From Mobula hypostoma (lineage: Eukaryota), in contig NC_086115.1 of the NCBI RefSeq assembly GCF_963921235.1, positions 34,038,001-34,102,000 on the forward strand: a DNA stretch of 64,000 nucleotides, written 5' to 3'. A program made the translations under genes and the position numbers. This document shows, in pieces, positions 52,869 through 64,000 of the stretch (its first letter is position 1; each line of letters starts with the position of its first letter). Below the pieces are notes generated by a model. The model ran no database searches, was not told the DNA's origin, and saw only the letters and a list, made by a program, of their open reading frames with translations.

Positions 52869-53290
52869 CAACACACAAAGAGATTTGTTGAAAGAGAAGC
52901 TCGATCAGCTTCAATGTCACTTCACGTGGGACCCTCAGAAGGGAAACGTTGACTTGGAAGATATGACATACAGACTGTGAGATGCTATAAAAATCTGGGT
53001 GTGAAATATCAAACCATGTTTCACAATCAACTCGCTTTCATAAATGTCTGCAGGGAAACAATAAAGAAGCCATTCAGAACTTAATTGAAACCCTTGTCAC
53101 CCTGCATTTCGCCAGAAAGCAAAGTTGTTTAATCAATACAAGCATCATTTTGGAAAGGCATTTGAGCACCGTCCAATATCAGCTATTAAACCACAACTGG
53201 ATTCTGCAGTTGTAAGTGAAAGAAATGGAGAGTATTCCAAAGTGAAGGAGATCTACAGTAATCTTTTGAAATTAGATGATATTCATCCAA
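52869..53290 (+). pseudogene. IFIT: IFIT copy D pseudogene (stop, frameshifts, ~690-nt internal deletion, 3' truncation)
   Basis: Acceptor ctaacag|C, then NTQRDLLKEKLDQLQCHFTWDPQKGNVDLEDMTYRL* with an in-frame TGA at 52978. It jumps from AIQNL to QYKHHFGKAFEHRP..QLDSA and ends at DIHP. Confidence 0.92.
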
Positions 53291-53599
53291 TAATTTTTTT
53301 CCTACTAACTGTTCAATAAAGCATAAATTTGTAAATATACTTTCTTTACAATATACAAAGTGTACGACCTGTTACTTCTTGCCAATGGCGAAATGCATGC
53401 GGACAGTATTTACATAGTAATCGCTCAGACTGGGGTGCGGGTGGTCGATATATCCTGGCTGTCCCAGTCTGCTGGGACCCAAGTCCTAGATGTACGGAGT
53501 TGGAGAAAGGTGGTTTTCTCACCGCTGAATACGTTGGCTTGTTAGTGAGAGGCTAACCTGCCGTGTTTCCAGAGATGTCCGCTCAAACAGGGTTTCATT

Positions 53600-53870
53600 T
53601 ATTTCAAGATGCAGTGCAGAACAGGTCAGGTACTTCCAGGAAATGAGCCACACCTCCCAGCAAATACTTATTTCACACAGGCCAAATCGCAGGGCCATTT
53701 AAAATGAACAATTAACTCAAGAACTGTGCGTCTTTGGACAGTGGGAGAAAACTAGAGGACCGGGAGGAAACTCAGAGAGAACATACAAACCCCTTACAGA
53801 TGGTGCCAGACTTGAACTCCAAACTCTGAACGGCCCGAGCTGCAATAGTGATGCACAAACCGTGTCGCTA
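53600..53870 (-). mobile_element. V-SINE-type SINE
   Basis: Reverse complement of the same SINE core (GTTTCCTCCCGG..TTTTCTCCCACTGTCCAAAGAC). Confidence 0.6.
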
Positions 53871-54319
53871 CCATAGCAACCATTTATGAAAGTGTGATTT
53901 TGAAATAGTAACTTTGTTATTATCATTCCCACGCCTTGTGCTTCGTTGAAGATTACTCACTCCAGTATTCAGAAACAAAAGTGGGCTTCAGGGGATTAAA
54001 GTCTAAAGGAACCAACTCTGAAAATCATGATGAGTCTTCTAATGAGATTCCTTCACTGCAGGTGACACGAAGGTTGGTGGTGTTACGGATAGCGCAGAAG
54101 TGAAAGGCACTTACTGACCATTCAGGACACAAGAGGATGCATGTGTACTTGTTTGAGAGAATGTATAGTGTTTGTAAATGTGTTCATGTTCTTTAAGATT
54201 ATGTTTGAAACTTTTAAGTAACACACTTTTATACAACAGGGATCAGAAGTTCAGTGGCACTGAAGTGGATGATTACAGAGTACAGACCAAGTGATTTTCA
54301 GTATGTCTCTGTCTGTCTA

Positions 54320-55370
54320 GGTACCATATCCGATGTGGACGTTGGTAACAATGGTTTTCCATATAGATCTATCCCTCATTTTTCGGATGACTTCCATTAC
54401 CTCGATGTGTAGCCACCTAGCTAGGCTTTTGATGTACATAGGCCGAGGTCTTCCTCTCGATCTTTCCAGAAAGTAAGTTTTTCTTGTTGATCTTTCCGCA
54501 TGATGTGTCCTAGGAATCTGAGTTGTCTTTCTCTTATTGTTGGTATGAGTAATCGAACTGCTTGGGCTCTTCTGAGAACTTCTTCATTTGATGTGTGTGT
54601 GGTCCATGATATTTTTAACATTCTCCTGTAGAACCATAATTCAGTTGCTTCTAGTCTCTTTTCCATTGCTGGGGAAATGGTCCAGCTTTCACTTCCTTAA
54701 GATGGGATAAAATAAACATAGCACTGCAGTATTCTGTTTTGAGAGTACATGCTCATCTTTCTGTCTGTTAATATGGTCTTTATTTTTTGGAAAGCTTCTT
54801 TCACCATTGCTATTCTGTATTTGATATCTGTGTCGCACCTGCCATCACTTATTATTAGGCTGCCAAGATATCCGAATGTGTTGACTTGTTTGATGTTTGT
54901 ATTTCTGATCTTGATCACACATTGTGGGATGTTTGTCTTTCTGGAGATGACCATGCTTTCTGTCTTCTTGGTGTTGATTGAGAGGCCTCTGCGATTACTT
55001 TCTGCTGCCACTACAGTGAGTAGTTCTTGAAGTTTTGTTTCTGAGACAACTATTAGTATGATGTCATCAGCATATCTGATGTTATTTATATTATGGCCTC
55101 CAATTGTGAATCCTTTGATGCTTTTGATACTTCTCAAGATATTTTCACTATTCAGGTGGAATATGTCTGTCGAAAAGACAACCTTGCCTGACTCCTCTCA
55201 TGATATTCACATACCCACTCACTTCTCCTTCTATTCTGATGGATGCTGTCTGGTCCCAGCATAAGTTTCTTAAGAAAGGTATATCTTTCCCATCTATGTC
55301 AAGATCTTGAAGCATTTTCAGAAGAACTTGGTGTCTGACAGTGTCAAAAGCTTTTGTATAGTCGATGAAA
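54320..55370 (-). mobile_element. RTE-clade LINE 3' fragment
   Basis: NNIRYADD, GLSINTKKT, FGYLGS and EATELWFYRRMLKISWT are typical of RTE RT. Confidence 0.88.
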
Positions 55371-55489
55371 CATTGCCTAAGGGTGACCTGGAGGTAGCTG
55401 TGGTAATGGTAAACTCATTACCCAAAGCAAATGCTCCACAACCAGATGTAGTTTATCCTCTTACCCAGGAGCTTTCAGTATGTCAGTAT

Positions 55490-56354
55490 GACTGGAATCT
55501 TGGAACCTAGGACACGGAATAACAGGAATGCAGAACACAGAGCCTTGGTCTTGGGGAGGACACGGGAGCCTTGGTCCAGAGCACGGGAACACCATGCCTT
55601 GGGCTTGAGAGACAGGAACACAGAGTGGGCACCCCTCCTTCGGAACAGGACTTCGGGCTGGAACTCGTACACGGAACATAGAGCCAGGACCCCTCCTTGG
55701 GAACAGGACTTGGGGCCGGGGCGCTACACAGAATGCTGAACACGACGAGACGGTTCCTAACACTAGGTAGTGGCAAACGGCCAGACCTACCTAATGAATG
55801 CATGGACACAGAGACAGTTCTAACTCAATGACATACATTTCCTTATCTTGATGCAGCGAGGATCCAGTCTCGCTCCAGTGGTAGAACTTGACAATGTTGC
55901 AGGCAAGGCTCCAGACACAGGCTGCAGGCAAAGGCTTCAGACACAGGTTGCAGGCAAGGCTCCAGACACAGGCTGCAGGCAAAGGCTTCAGACACAGGTT
56001 GCAGGCAAAGGCGTCAGAAGGAAGGGGAAGGGAAAGGAGCAGTCCAGCCTCAGGGTAACAGCAAAGATGGCCTGGCTTACCCAATGGAGGCAAGGACAGG
56101 AAGGGACAGATCTAACCGCGGGGTAATGTTAAAGACGGTCTGACTTACCCCACAGAGGCAAGGACAGGATACTGACAGACAAACCAGACACCACACTCGA
56201 ACCCAGGGCCACTTATATTCCCAGTCCCAAAACAAGCATCAGGTGCCTATGATTAAGCCCAACTGAAACAAGGAACAGCAGGAAGACATGGAGTCCGGAG
56301 ACCATGGACCGGACCGTGACCCGGAAAGTGGACTTCACGGACCGGACCATGACA
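55490..56354 (-). mobile_element. Partial LTR (family of 49708-50669)
   Basis: Ends CATGACA at 56354; TATA-like motif on the minus strand at ~56213; colinear with the 50-kb copy. Confidence 0.7.
55896..56010. repeat. Minisatellite, 51-bp unit (25+26 dimer) x2.3
   Basis: GTTGCAGGCAAGGCTCCAGACACAGGCTGCAGGCAAAGGCTTCAGACACAG repeated exactly at 55896 and 55947. Confidence 0.9.
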
Positions 56355-56399
56355 TGACGCTGGTTACTATCATTCACAAGTCCTTCATCACGGGGAATA

Positions 56400-57130
56400 G
56401 CAGAGCATTTTGGATGCGCTGACCTCACTTAAAATTGCTTATGGAAATTCAGAATATTCTCGCACAATCTCGCAAAATGATTGAGGTTCACCAAGTCACC
56501 CAAAAGATATATAGGCGTGGTAAAAGTGAAATGCCCGAGGAATCTGCGGGACACAATGGCCCAGGGAGAGTGGGGTGGTACATAGGCAACTCGTGGGAAT
56601 AACTGTAACGAGGAGAGATATTCATGCTTTAAGGTTGAAGTGAGGCTGTGATGGGGGAGGTGAGAGTAACTGGGAAATGATAATGCCTGTGGTTCAGAGA
56701 GCTGATGAGCCTGCCATGGGTTATGCAGAGTGTAAATATTAAGCATATGGGGAACACTCCAGTTGGGAAATCCATGGATGGCTGATCCAGTCTACATGAA
56801 AATGCAGAATGAAGGCCTGAGCTCAACCCAGCAGGAAGTTTTAGTTTTGGGGATAGTTGAGGGATCAACCTATTCCACGAGAAAGATAAAGGTGATGGCA
56901 CAGTATGTTACAGCTATGGCCAATCAGGGCAATGTGTCCAACAAAAAAGAGAAAGCTGTGAAAGTCACCCACCAAAACAGGCAGCAGTGCCTTCTCTGAC
57001 TGACCAGATTAGTATCCAGGTCAGACACGTAGCTGGTGGCCGCATCTATTGTCGATACTGGTCACCCACGGATGTACACAAGAGGTTTCTTTGTAGGCTA
57101 GCAATGTGATATGCCTGTAGACACAGGGTT
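56400..57130 (-). mobile_element. Possible Gypsy integrase relic
   Basis: LSSGLH and SRRFLGHF resemble the integrase SSGxHP and GPF/Y motifs; heavily decayed. Confidence 0.35.
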
Positions 57131-57254
57131 ACCAGTCTTAACTGATCAAGCTTTGCCAGTGGCTGGAGAGATGATATACATTACGAGTGTAGAGGTGTAT
57201 GAATGAGGGCAGAGAGAAGGGAGCCTCAGTTACTTGAGATTGAGGGAGTGCAGT

Positions 57255-57607
57255 GTTGCTAGCACAGATAACTGGATCAGTTAAATGTAATGTGATCTGT
57301 TCCCAGTCTTTCAGACACCTGGAGAAGGCAACTGTGAGCATTCAGCATACGGATTTTGGACCTGATCTCAGGTTTGTGATTTGATTATAATTTGAAACAA
57401 ATCCTGTGGTGCTACGGCATTTTAGAATAGGGAGCTGACTGGGAGTGAGGAAAGCGAGAATTGCATGAAGGAGTGTGTCCTCCGAACAGATGACATGATT
57501 TCTGAGTTCTCCAGTGGGGAACTGACTTTTCCCAGTTGGTTGCATTCAGTGAACAGTGACTGATATAATAAAATTTACGGCTGTCGCTGAGGGGTATAGT
57601 GAGCTGA
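57255..57607 (+). repeat. Paralogous copy of the gene C intron 5' region (39710-40165)
   Basis: Colinear similarity, e.g. GATGACATGATTT..AGTT..CAGTGGGGAACTGACTTTTCCCAGT..TTGCATTCAGTGAAC. Confidence 0.9.
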
Positions 57608-57609
57608 TC

Positions 57610-58500
57610 TGATAAGACCATAAGACCATAAAACAATGGAACAGAATTAGGCCATTTGACCCATCGAGTCTGCTCTGCCATTCAACTATGGGCGGTTCTT
57701 TTTTCCCCTCCTCAGCCCCACTCCCCGGCCTTCCTCCCGTAACCTTTGATGCTATGGCCAGTCAAGAACCAATCAATCTCTGCTTCATATACACCCAACG
57801 ACCTGGTCTCCATAATTGCCTGTGGTAACAAATTCCACAAACTCACCACCCTCTGGCCAAAGAATTTTCTCCGAATCTCTGTTTTAAATGAATTGCCCTC
57901 TATCCTGAGGCTGTGCACTCTTGTCCTAGTCCTCCCACCATGAAAAACATCCTTTCCACATCTACTCTGTCCAGGCCTTTCAGCATTCTGAAGTTTTCAA
58001 TGAGATACCACCCAATCCTTCTAAATTCCAGTGAGTACAGGCCGTAAGCTATCTACTGTTCCTCATATGGTAACCCTTTCATTCCCAGAATTATCCTTGT
58101 AAACCTCCTCTGAACCCTCTCCAATGCCAGCACATCTTATCTTAGACAAGGAGACAAAACTGTTCACAATAGTCAAGGTGAGGCCTCACCCGTGCCTTAT
58201 AAAGCCTCAGCTTCACATCCCTGCTCTAGATCTAGATCTCATGAAATGGATGCTAACAATGCATTTGCCTTCCTTAGCAACAACTCAACCTGCACGTTCA
58301 CCTTCAGGGAATTCTGCACAAGGGCTCCCAAGTCCCTTTGCATCCCAGATTTTTTTGACTTTCTCCGCATTTGGAAAATATTCTGCACTTCTATTTCTTC
58401 TACCAATGTGCATGACCTTGTATTTTCCAACATTGTATTTCATTTGCCACTTTCTTGCCCATTCTCCTAATCTGTCCAAGTCCTGCAACATTCCTGTTTT
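57610..58500 (-). mobile_element. CR1 3' fragment
   Basis: (TAAGACCA)n tail; LQDLDRLGEWARKWQM. Confidence 0.85.
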
Positions 58501-60100
58501 TTCAGAAGAGAAACTTGGAAACAAAGGCTAGTTAGATTAACATCTGTTTTTGGCAACGTGCCAGAATCCCAAGATCAAAGAAGAAACGGACATTTGGGCA
58601 AGTTTTTAATGCAATTAAACCAAGTTAAAAGGGTATATACAGTAAGTTTGGCAAATCTGTCCACCATACAACCATTGGCTGATTATGAACAAGCAATCAC
58701 AAAACTGCACGATGCTGTCTGTTTACAAGAAACGGCCACCCCAATGCATTTCATATTATAGTCAGCGACTTTAACCAGGCCCGTTTGAATAAAGCCTGCC
58801 CAGTTTTATCTAGCAAGTAACCTTTTGCACCAGAAGTTGCAAGCACCAGACCATTGCTACACTGCAATAAGGAATGCCTATCATTCCTTGCTCAAATCAC
58901 GTTTTGGTAAGTCGGATCATTTGGCTGTACTCTTACTACCTGCATACCGACAGAGACTAAGGTGACCTACATGGACTCTGATAATAAATTTTACTTGGAA
59001 CTTTTAAGTTCCTTGAGGATTAACAAGTCGAGTTAATTAAAAGGAAATGCATTTAGATTTTGGGAAGGTATTCAAATCAGGGCCACACCTTACTGTGTAG
59101 TTTACTGTACTGTGGTGTATACAGCTCAGTTCATCAAAGGAAAAGACCTCTCCACCATTGAGCACATCCACAGAAACCACTACCATGAGAAAGCAGTGTC
59201 CACCATCAAGGTCCACTATCATCCACGCATGCAGTCTTCTCACTGCTGCCATCGGGAAGGAGGTACAGGAGCCTTAGGTCCCACACTACCAGGTTCAAAA
59301 ACAGATATTGCCCTTCAACCATCAGGCTCGAAGAGGAAGTTAGATGCCAGTTTTTGAAGACATTGAACAAATGAGACAGGATCTAGACTAGATTATCCTG
59401 GAGTGGGTATTGTGGAAATGAGAAAAAATAATTCACAATTTTGTCGCGCATGGGCAGTTTAGAGAGCGACCATAACAGTTTAGAACTCTTCATTAATATG
59501 CTGGGTGAAGTCACAGAATGAAATCAAGTGTCTGAATCTGAACAAATGAAATTATGCCTACCCAACAGACTGGCAAACTATTCAATGGGTTGATCGTGAA
59601 TGGGCATTGTATGATGTTTGGAGAATGAGCTACAACAATGGTTCATTCCTGATTGGCACAAAAATACGTCAGGAAAGAAGGGTCAACCCTGTGATGGAAA
59701 TTCGGGACAGAATTAGACCAAAAAAAAAAGCAGCAGCTTGAGGATTGGGAGCAGTTTAGAGTTCAGCCAAGGAGGGCAAAAAAGATTGCTTAACAGCAGT
59801 AAGATGAAGTGTGAGAGTAAACTGGCAGGGGACATAAAATTGATGGTAAATATGGAGAAGTGAAATAAAATAGTGACCGGAGTTGTAGATTGTTTACAAT
59901 CAGAAACAGAGGAAATTATAATTAGTTGAAAAACAATGCTCAGAACAACCCATTACACTGGCATTTTGCTGACATGTACATTATTTTTATGGTTAAGCAA
60001 TGCTTATGCAGGAAACACTTCCGATTTGCTTTGAGTTGCTTCAGCGTTATCAACAGACTTTGAATTTGACTTTCTCGTGATAATAAGGAAGTAACGATCG

Positions 60101-60212
60101 TATAAAGGGTTGTCAAGTCGAACATCAGATGCAGCAACGTAAACGCAGCAGAAGAAGAAACGCACAAACTGAGAAAGACACAAATTGCTTTCCATCCAAC
60201 TAACATCATGAG
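60101..60212 (+). other. Candidate TATA box + exon 1 of a fifth IFIT copy (E); ATGAG at 60208-60212
   Basis: TATAAAG at 60101 and aacatcATGAG|gtaaag, followed by sequence paralogous to the gene C intron. Exon 2 is not in the window. Confidence 0.55.
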
Positions 60213-60769
60213 GTAAAGAACTTTTCCTTGCAATTAATCTTTATGTGCAGATTATTATAGAGGAGGTGGTTTATGGAAAATAGTGGATCATAGTGCACTA
60301 ACTTTGAAATACCCAGAGTGAAGACACACTGGCTAACACTGTAGTTGACTAACAAGACTGTAGGGTAATCCGTACATTACTCTGCTGGGGTGTAAACAGT
60401 GCAGGGAACTGCAGTGGTTTACTATTATTTTTTGTTATTAACATCCAATAAAAAGGCTGTAACCACAAGATTTGCATCTGATTCCTGACTTCTGAAGAAC
60501 CTTCTGTATTGTATGATAGCCAGATCCAACAGCAAGTTCAAGGGATCATGAATAATCCTTGTTCATGACAGGAGAGGAAAGAGGAGTAGGAGAGTAGGAG
60601 TCTGATCAAGTCAGCTTATCTGCACTTGTCTTCTTCAAACAGGGATCTTTACCTCAAACAGGTACGACTGCGAACAATGACAGTCAGAGAAAAACTGAGC
60701 AGTCAGAGCAATCGCTTTACCACGGATCGATTTCGACAGTAATTTGGAAAGACTGTGTTCATTCTCTCT

Positions 60770-61172
60770 GTGACTGTGTGGGTTTCCAAAGATGTATGGG
60801 TTAGGGTTAGTGAGCACGTTGGTGCCAGAAACATGCTGACACACTTGCCGGTCGCTCTGCACAATCGTTTTTGATCTGATATGATGCCAAACTATGCATT
60901 TCACTGTATGTTTTGATGTACATGTGACAAGGAGAGCTAATCTTTAATCTCCAATATCTTTAAAAGTATGAGATGACAGCTACAGCTATGCTGGACAGTA
61001 TAGCCATGTAGATTTGACCACACTGGAGCTTATGGGGTGTATTCAGAACTGAGTTAATACACCAGAGGAACATGCTACTCTAAACTGTCATAATTTCCAG
61101 CCACTAGTGGCTTTCAGGACAGGATGGAGAAATTGCATCCATGGTGCAGCAAATTCATCTCCTTTGGGAGAA
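60770..61172 (+). repeat. Paralogous copy of the gene C intron 3' region (41310-41692)
   Basis: Near-identical blocks such as CCAGAGGAACATGCTACTCTAAACTGTCATAA and GCAAATTCATCTCCTTTGGGAGAAA. Confidence 0.92.
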
Positions 61173-61399
61173 AACAACAGGCAGAGTTGATCTTAGAGTA
61201 GGTTTAAAGGTCGGCACATCATGATGGGCTGAAGGGCTGTAAGGTGCTGTGAAGATCTATGTTCTATGCTGGTCTGTGTTCTTTCAGAAATGTACAGCAG
61301 GATCAGGGGATGTTGCTCATGTAATTGCACTGTGAACTGGTCTGATAACTCGTAACTTGCCAGACTTCAGTGGACTTCACAAAACAGCTTTATCTTACT

Positions 61400-62200
61400 G
61401 ATGTTATTGATGTTCTCGGTCTTAAAGACATTGTGTCTGACTATTGGTGGCTGTCAGGGGAAAAGCACCACTTCTCTGCCCCTAGATCTGGAGCTATTCT
61501 CAGGCTTCTGGCAAAAAAATTTTATTTTAGATCACTAAAATCCAGTTTCCGAACAAAATCACTTTCAAGTGACATCAGAGTAAGATGACTCAGCCTGTCC
61601 TGTCCCATTGTGGATCTGAGCCTATGTAGTTGCCATTATCAGGCCTGCCAAATATGTCACTGGAGCCTAGGATAGCCAGTCCCCTCTCAACCAAAAACTT
61701 CACAATCACCAACACTCTTCTCGATACATCGGTCCAGTAGACACACTCTGACTCGAACTGTTTTTGCAGTTCTGTATCTATTCTTCTGCTGTCAGACGCC
61801 AGCATAATGTAGGTCAGTATCATTTTCCTGCGGTGTTCACTATTTTCATGCTCTCCTGTGCACTCAGCGGCATGTTTCCAGTCGCTAAAGCCAGTTTTGA
61901 AGATGGACAGACAGTTACCATCACTGAAGATGCTGCATGCAAAACAAAACACACAGCCGGTGGAAGGGGAATCTAAGAGCCATTGCTTTGATATGTACTC
62001 ACCATTTACGAGCTTGAGTTTGAAGTGAAATTTGGAGGAAAATATGTCTCTGCTGTTTGTATACTCGTTCCAAAGCTTTGATATCCACATTCTTATTCTG
62101 GCAGGACTCCGGCCCTTTCTTAGCCCAGTACGCTCGGACTGAATCATCTAATGTTTCCTTTCCCCAGCGAGCAGAATCAGTGCTGTAAGGATCCTCAGTA
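61400..62200 (-). mobile_element. hAT transposon, internally deleted (TTF-type Zn finger/DUF4371 fused to dimerisation domain)
   Basis: WLLDS..VFCFAC..GFSDWKH..HENS..H and FLVERGLA..NGNY, then in another frame RSTMGQDRLSHLTLMSLE. Confidence 0.85.
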
Positions 62201-62209
62201 GTGGTAACG

Positions 62210-63933
62210 TTAAGGGAAAAGTTTTATGAGAGAAAACTGGCAGGGAAGATAAAACCTGACTGTAAAAGCTTTTATAGATATGTGAAAAGAAAAAGATTGG
62301 TTAAGACAAATGTAGGTCCCCTACAGACAGAAACAGGAAAATTGATTATGGGGAACAAGGACATGGCAGACCAATTGAATATCTACTTTGGTTCTGCCTT
62401 CACTAAGGAGGATATAAATAATCTTCCGGAAATAGTAGGGGACAGAGGGTCTAGTGAGATGGAGGAACTGAGGGAAATACATGTTAGTAGGGAAGTGGTG
62501 TTAGGTGAATTGAAGGGAATAAAGGCAGATAAATCCCCAGGGCCAGATAGTCTGCATCCCAGAGTGCTTAAGGAAGTAGCCCAAGAAATAGTGGATGCAT
62601 TAGTGATAATTTTTCAAAACTCTTTAGATTCTGGACTAATTCCTGAGGATTGGTGGGTGGCTAATGTAACCCTGCTTTTTGAAAATGCAGGGAGAGAGAA
62701 ACTGGAGAATTATAGACCAGTTAGCCTAACATCGGTGGTGGGGAAAATGCTAGAGACAGTTATCAAAGATGTGATAACAGCACACTTGGAAAGCGGTGAA
62801 ATCATCGGACAAAGTCAGCATGGATTTGTGAAAGGAAAATCATGTCTGACGAATCTCATAGAATTTTTTGAGGATGTAACTAGTAGAGTGGATAGGGCAG
62901 AACCTGTGGATGTGGTATATTTGGATTTCAAAAGGCTTTTGTCAAGGTCCCACACAGGAGATTAATGTGCAAACTTAAAGCACACGGTATTGGGGGTAAG
63001 GTATGGATGTGGATAGAGAATTGGTTGGCAGACAGGAAGCAAAGAGTGGGAATAAACGGGGCCATTTCAGAATGGCAGGCAGTGACTAGTGGGGTACCGC
63101 AAGGCTCAGTGGTGGGACCCCAGTTGTTTACAATATATATTAATGACTTAGATGAGGGAATTAAATGCAACATCTCCAAGTTTGCGGATGACACGAAGCT
63201 GGGCGGCAGTGTTAGCTGTGAGGAGGATGCTAAGAGGATGCAGGGTCACTTGGATAGGTTAGGTGAGTGGGCAAATTCATGGCAGATGCAATTTAATGTG
63301 GATAAATGTGAAGTTATCCACTTTGGTGGCAAAAACAGGAAAACAGATTATTATCTGAATGGTGGCCGATTAGAAAAAGGGGAGGTGCAGCGAGACCTGG
63401 GTGTCATCATACACCAGTCATTGAAAGTAGGCATGCAGGTACAGAAGGCGGTGAAAAAGGCGAATGGTATGCTGGCATTTATAGCAAGAGGATTCGAGTA
63501 CAGGAGCAGGAAGGTACTACTGCAGTTGTACAAGGCCTTGGTGAGACCACACCTGGAGTATTGTGTGCAGTTTTGGTCCCCTAATCTGAAGAAAGACATT
63601 CTTACCATAAAGGGAGTACAAAGAAGGTTCACCAGATTGATTCCTGGGATGGCAGGCCTTTCATATGATGAAAGACTGGATCGACTAGGCTTATACTTCT
63701 TGGAATTTAGAAGATTGAGGGGGGATCTTATGGAAACGTATAAAATCCTAAAGGAATTGGACAGGCTAGATGCAGGAAGATTGTTCCCGATGTTGGGGAA
63801 GTCCAGAACGAGGGGTCACAGTTTGAGGATAAAGGGGAAGCCTTTTAGGACCGAGATTAGGAGAAACTTCTTCACACAGAGAGTGGTGAATCTTTGGAAT
63901 TCTCTGCCACAGGAAACAGTTGAGGCCAGTTCG
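62210..63933 (+). mobile_element. Young CR1 ORF2 fragment (same subfamily as 25037-28360)
   Basis: Near-identical protein to the 25-28 kb copy, with one frameshift at ~62930. Confidence 0.93.
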
Positions 63934-63934
63934 T

Positions 63935-64000
63935 TTCAAAGTTGCTGGTGAACGCAGCAGGCCAGGCAGCATCTCTAGGAAGAGGTACAATCGACGTTTC
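63935..64000 (-). mobile_element. Penelope tail inserted in CR1, cut by the window edge
   Basis: Reverse complement of 51952-52015, beginning GAAACGTCGA (the 3' half of the hammerhead). Confidence 0.8.

Noticed and set aside
61590-62147. ZMYM1-like host gene
   Set aside because: Intronless, frameshifted and missing the catalytic core; a hAT transposase remnant.
1-64000. CRISPR arrays, rRNA, true tRNA genes or prokaryotic operons
   Set aside because: None seen; the tRNA-like boxes belong to SINE heads and the DNA is vertebrate.

Overview
Eukaryotic, repeat-rich vertebrate DNA. The repeat content (CR1, Rex1/Babar-like, RTE, Penelope-like, V-SINE-type) and the protein sequences suggest a cartilaginous fish, probably a ray; this is inference. 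The window holds a tandem, all-plus-strand cluster of IFIT genes (interferon-induced TPR proteins that bind RNA 5' ends) undergoing birth-and-death evolution. There are two intact two-exon genes: A (4110-4114 + 7331-8780, 484 aa) and C (39653-39657 + 42002-43436, 479 aa). Each has a 5-nt ATGAG first coding exon and a TATA box; A has a canonical ISRE and C a degenerate one. The cluster also contains a 5'-truncated but still-open C-terminal IFIT ORF (B, 15207-16010), an internally deleted pseudogene (D, 52869-53290), and the probable first exon and intron of a fifth copy (E, ~60208) whose main exon would lie beyond the window. Highlights: (1) a ~195-nt likely gene-conversion tract between A and C; (2) loss of the triphosphate-binding Lys and Gln in both intact genes; (3) a sense solo LTR inside the 3' UTR of gene C; (4) Penelope-derived minimal hammerhead ribozyme motifs, one apparently intact at 51927-51964; (5) a nested-TIR palindromic mariner MITE; (6) clean nested insertions with TSDs. 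All alignments were done by eye, and repeat boundaries without TSDs are approximate.
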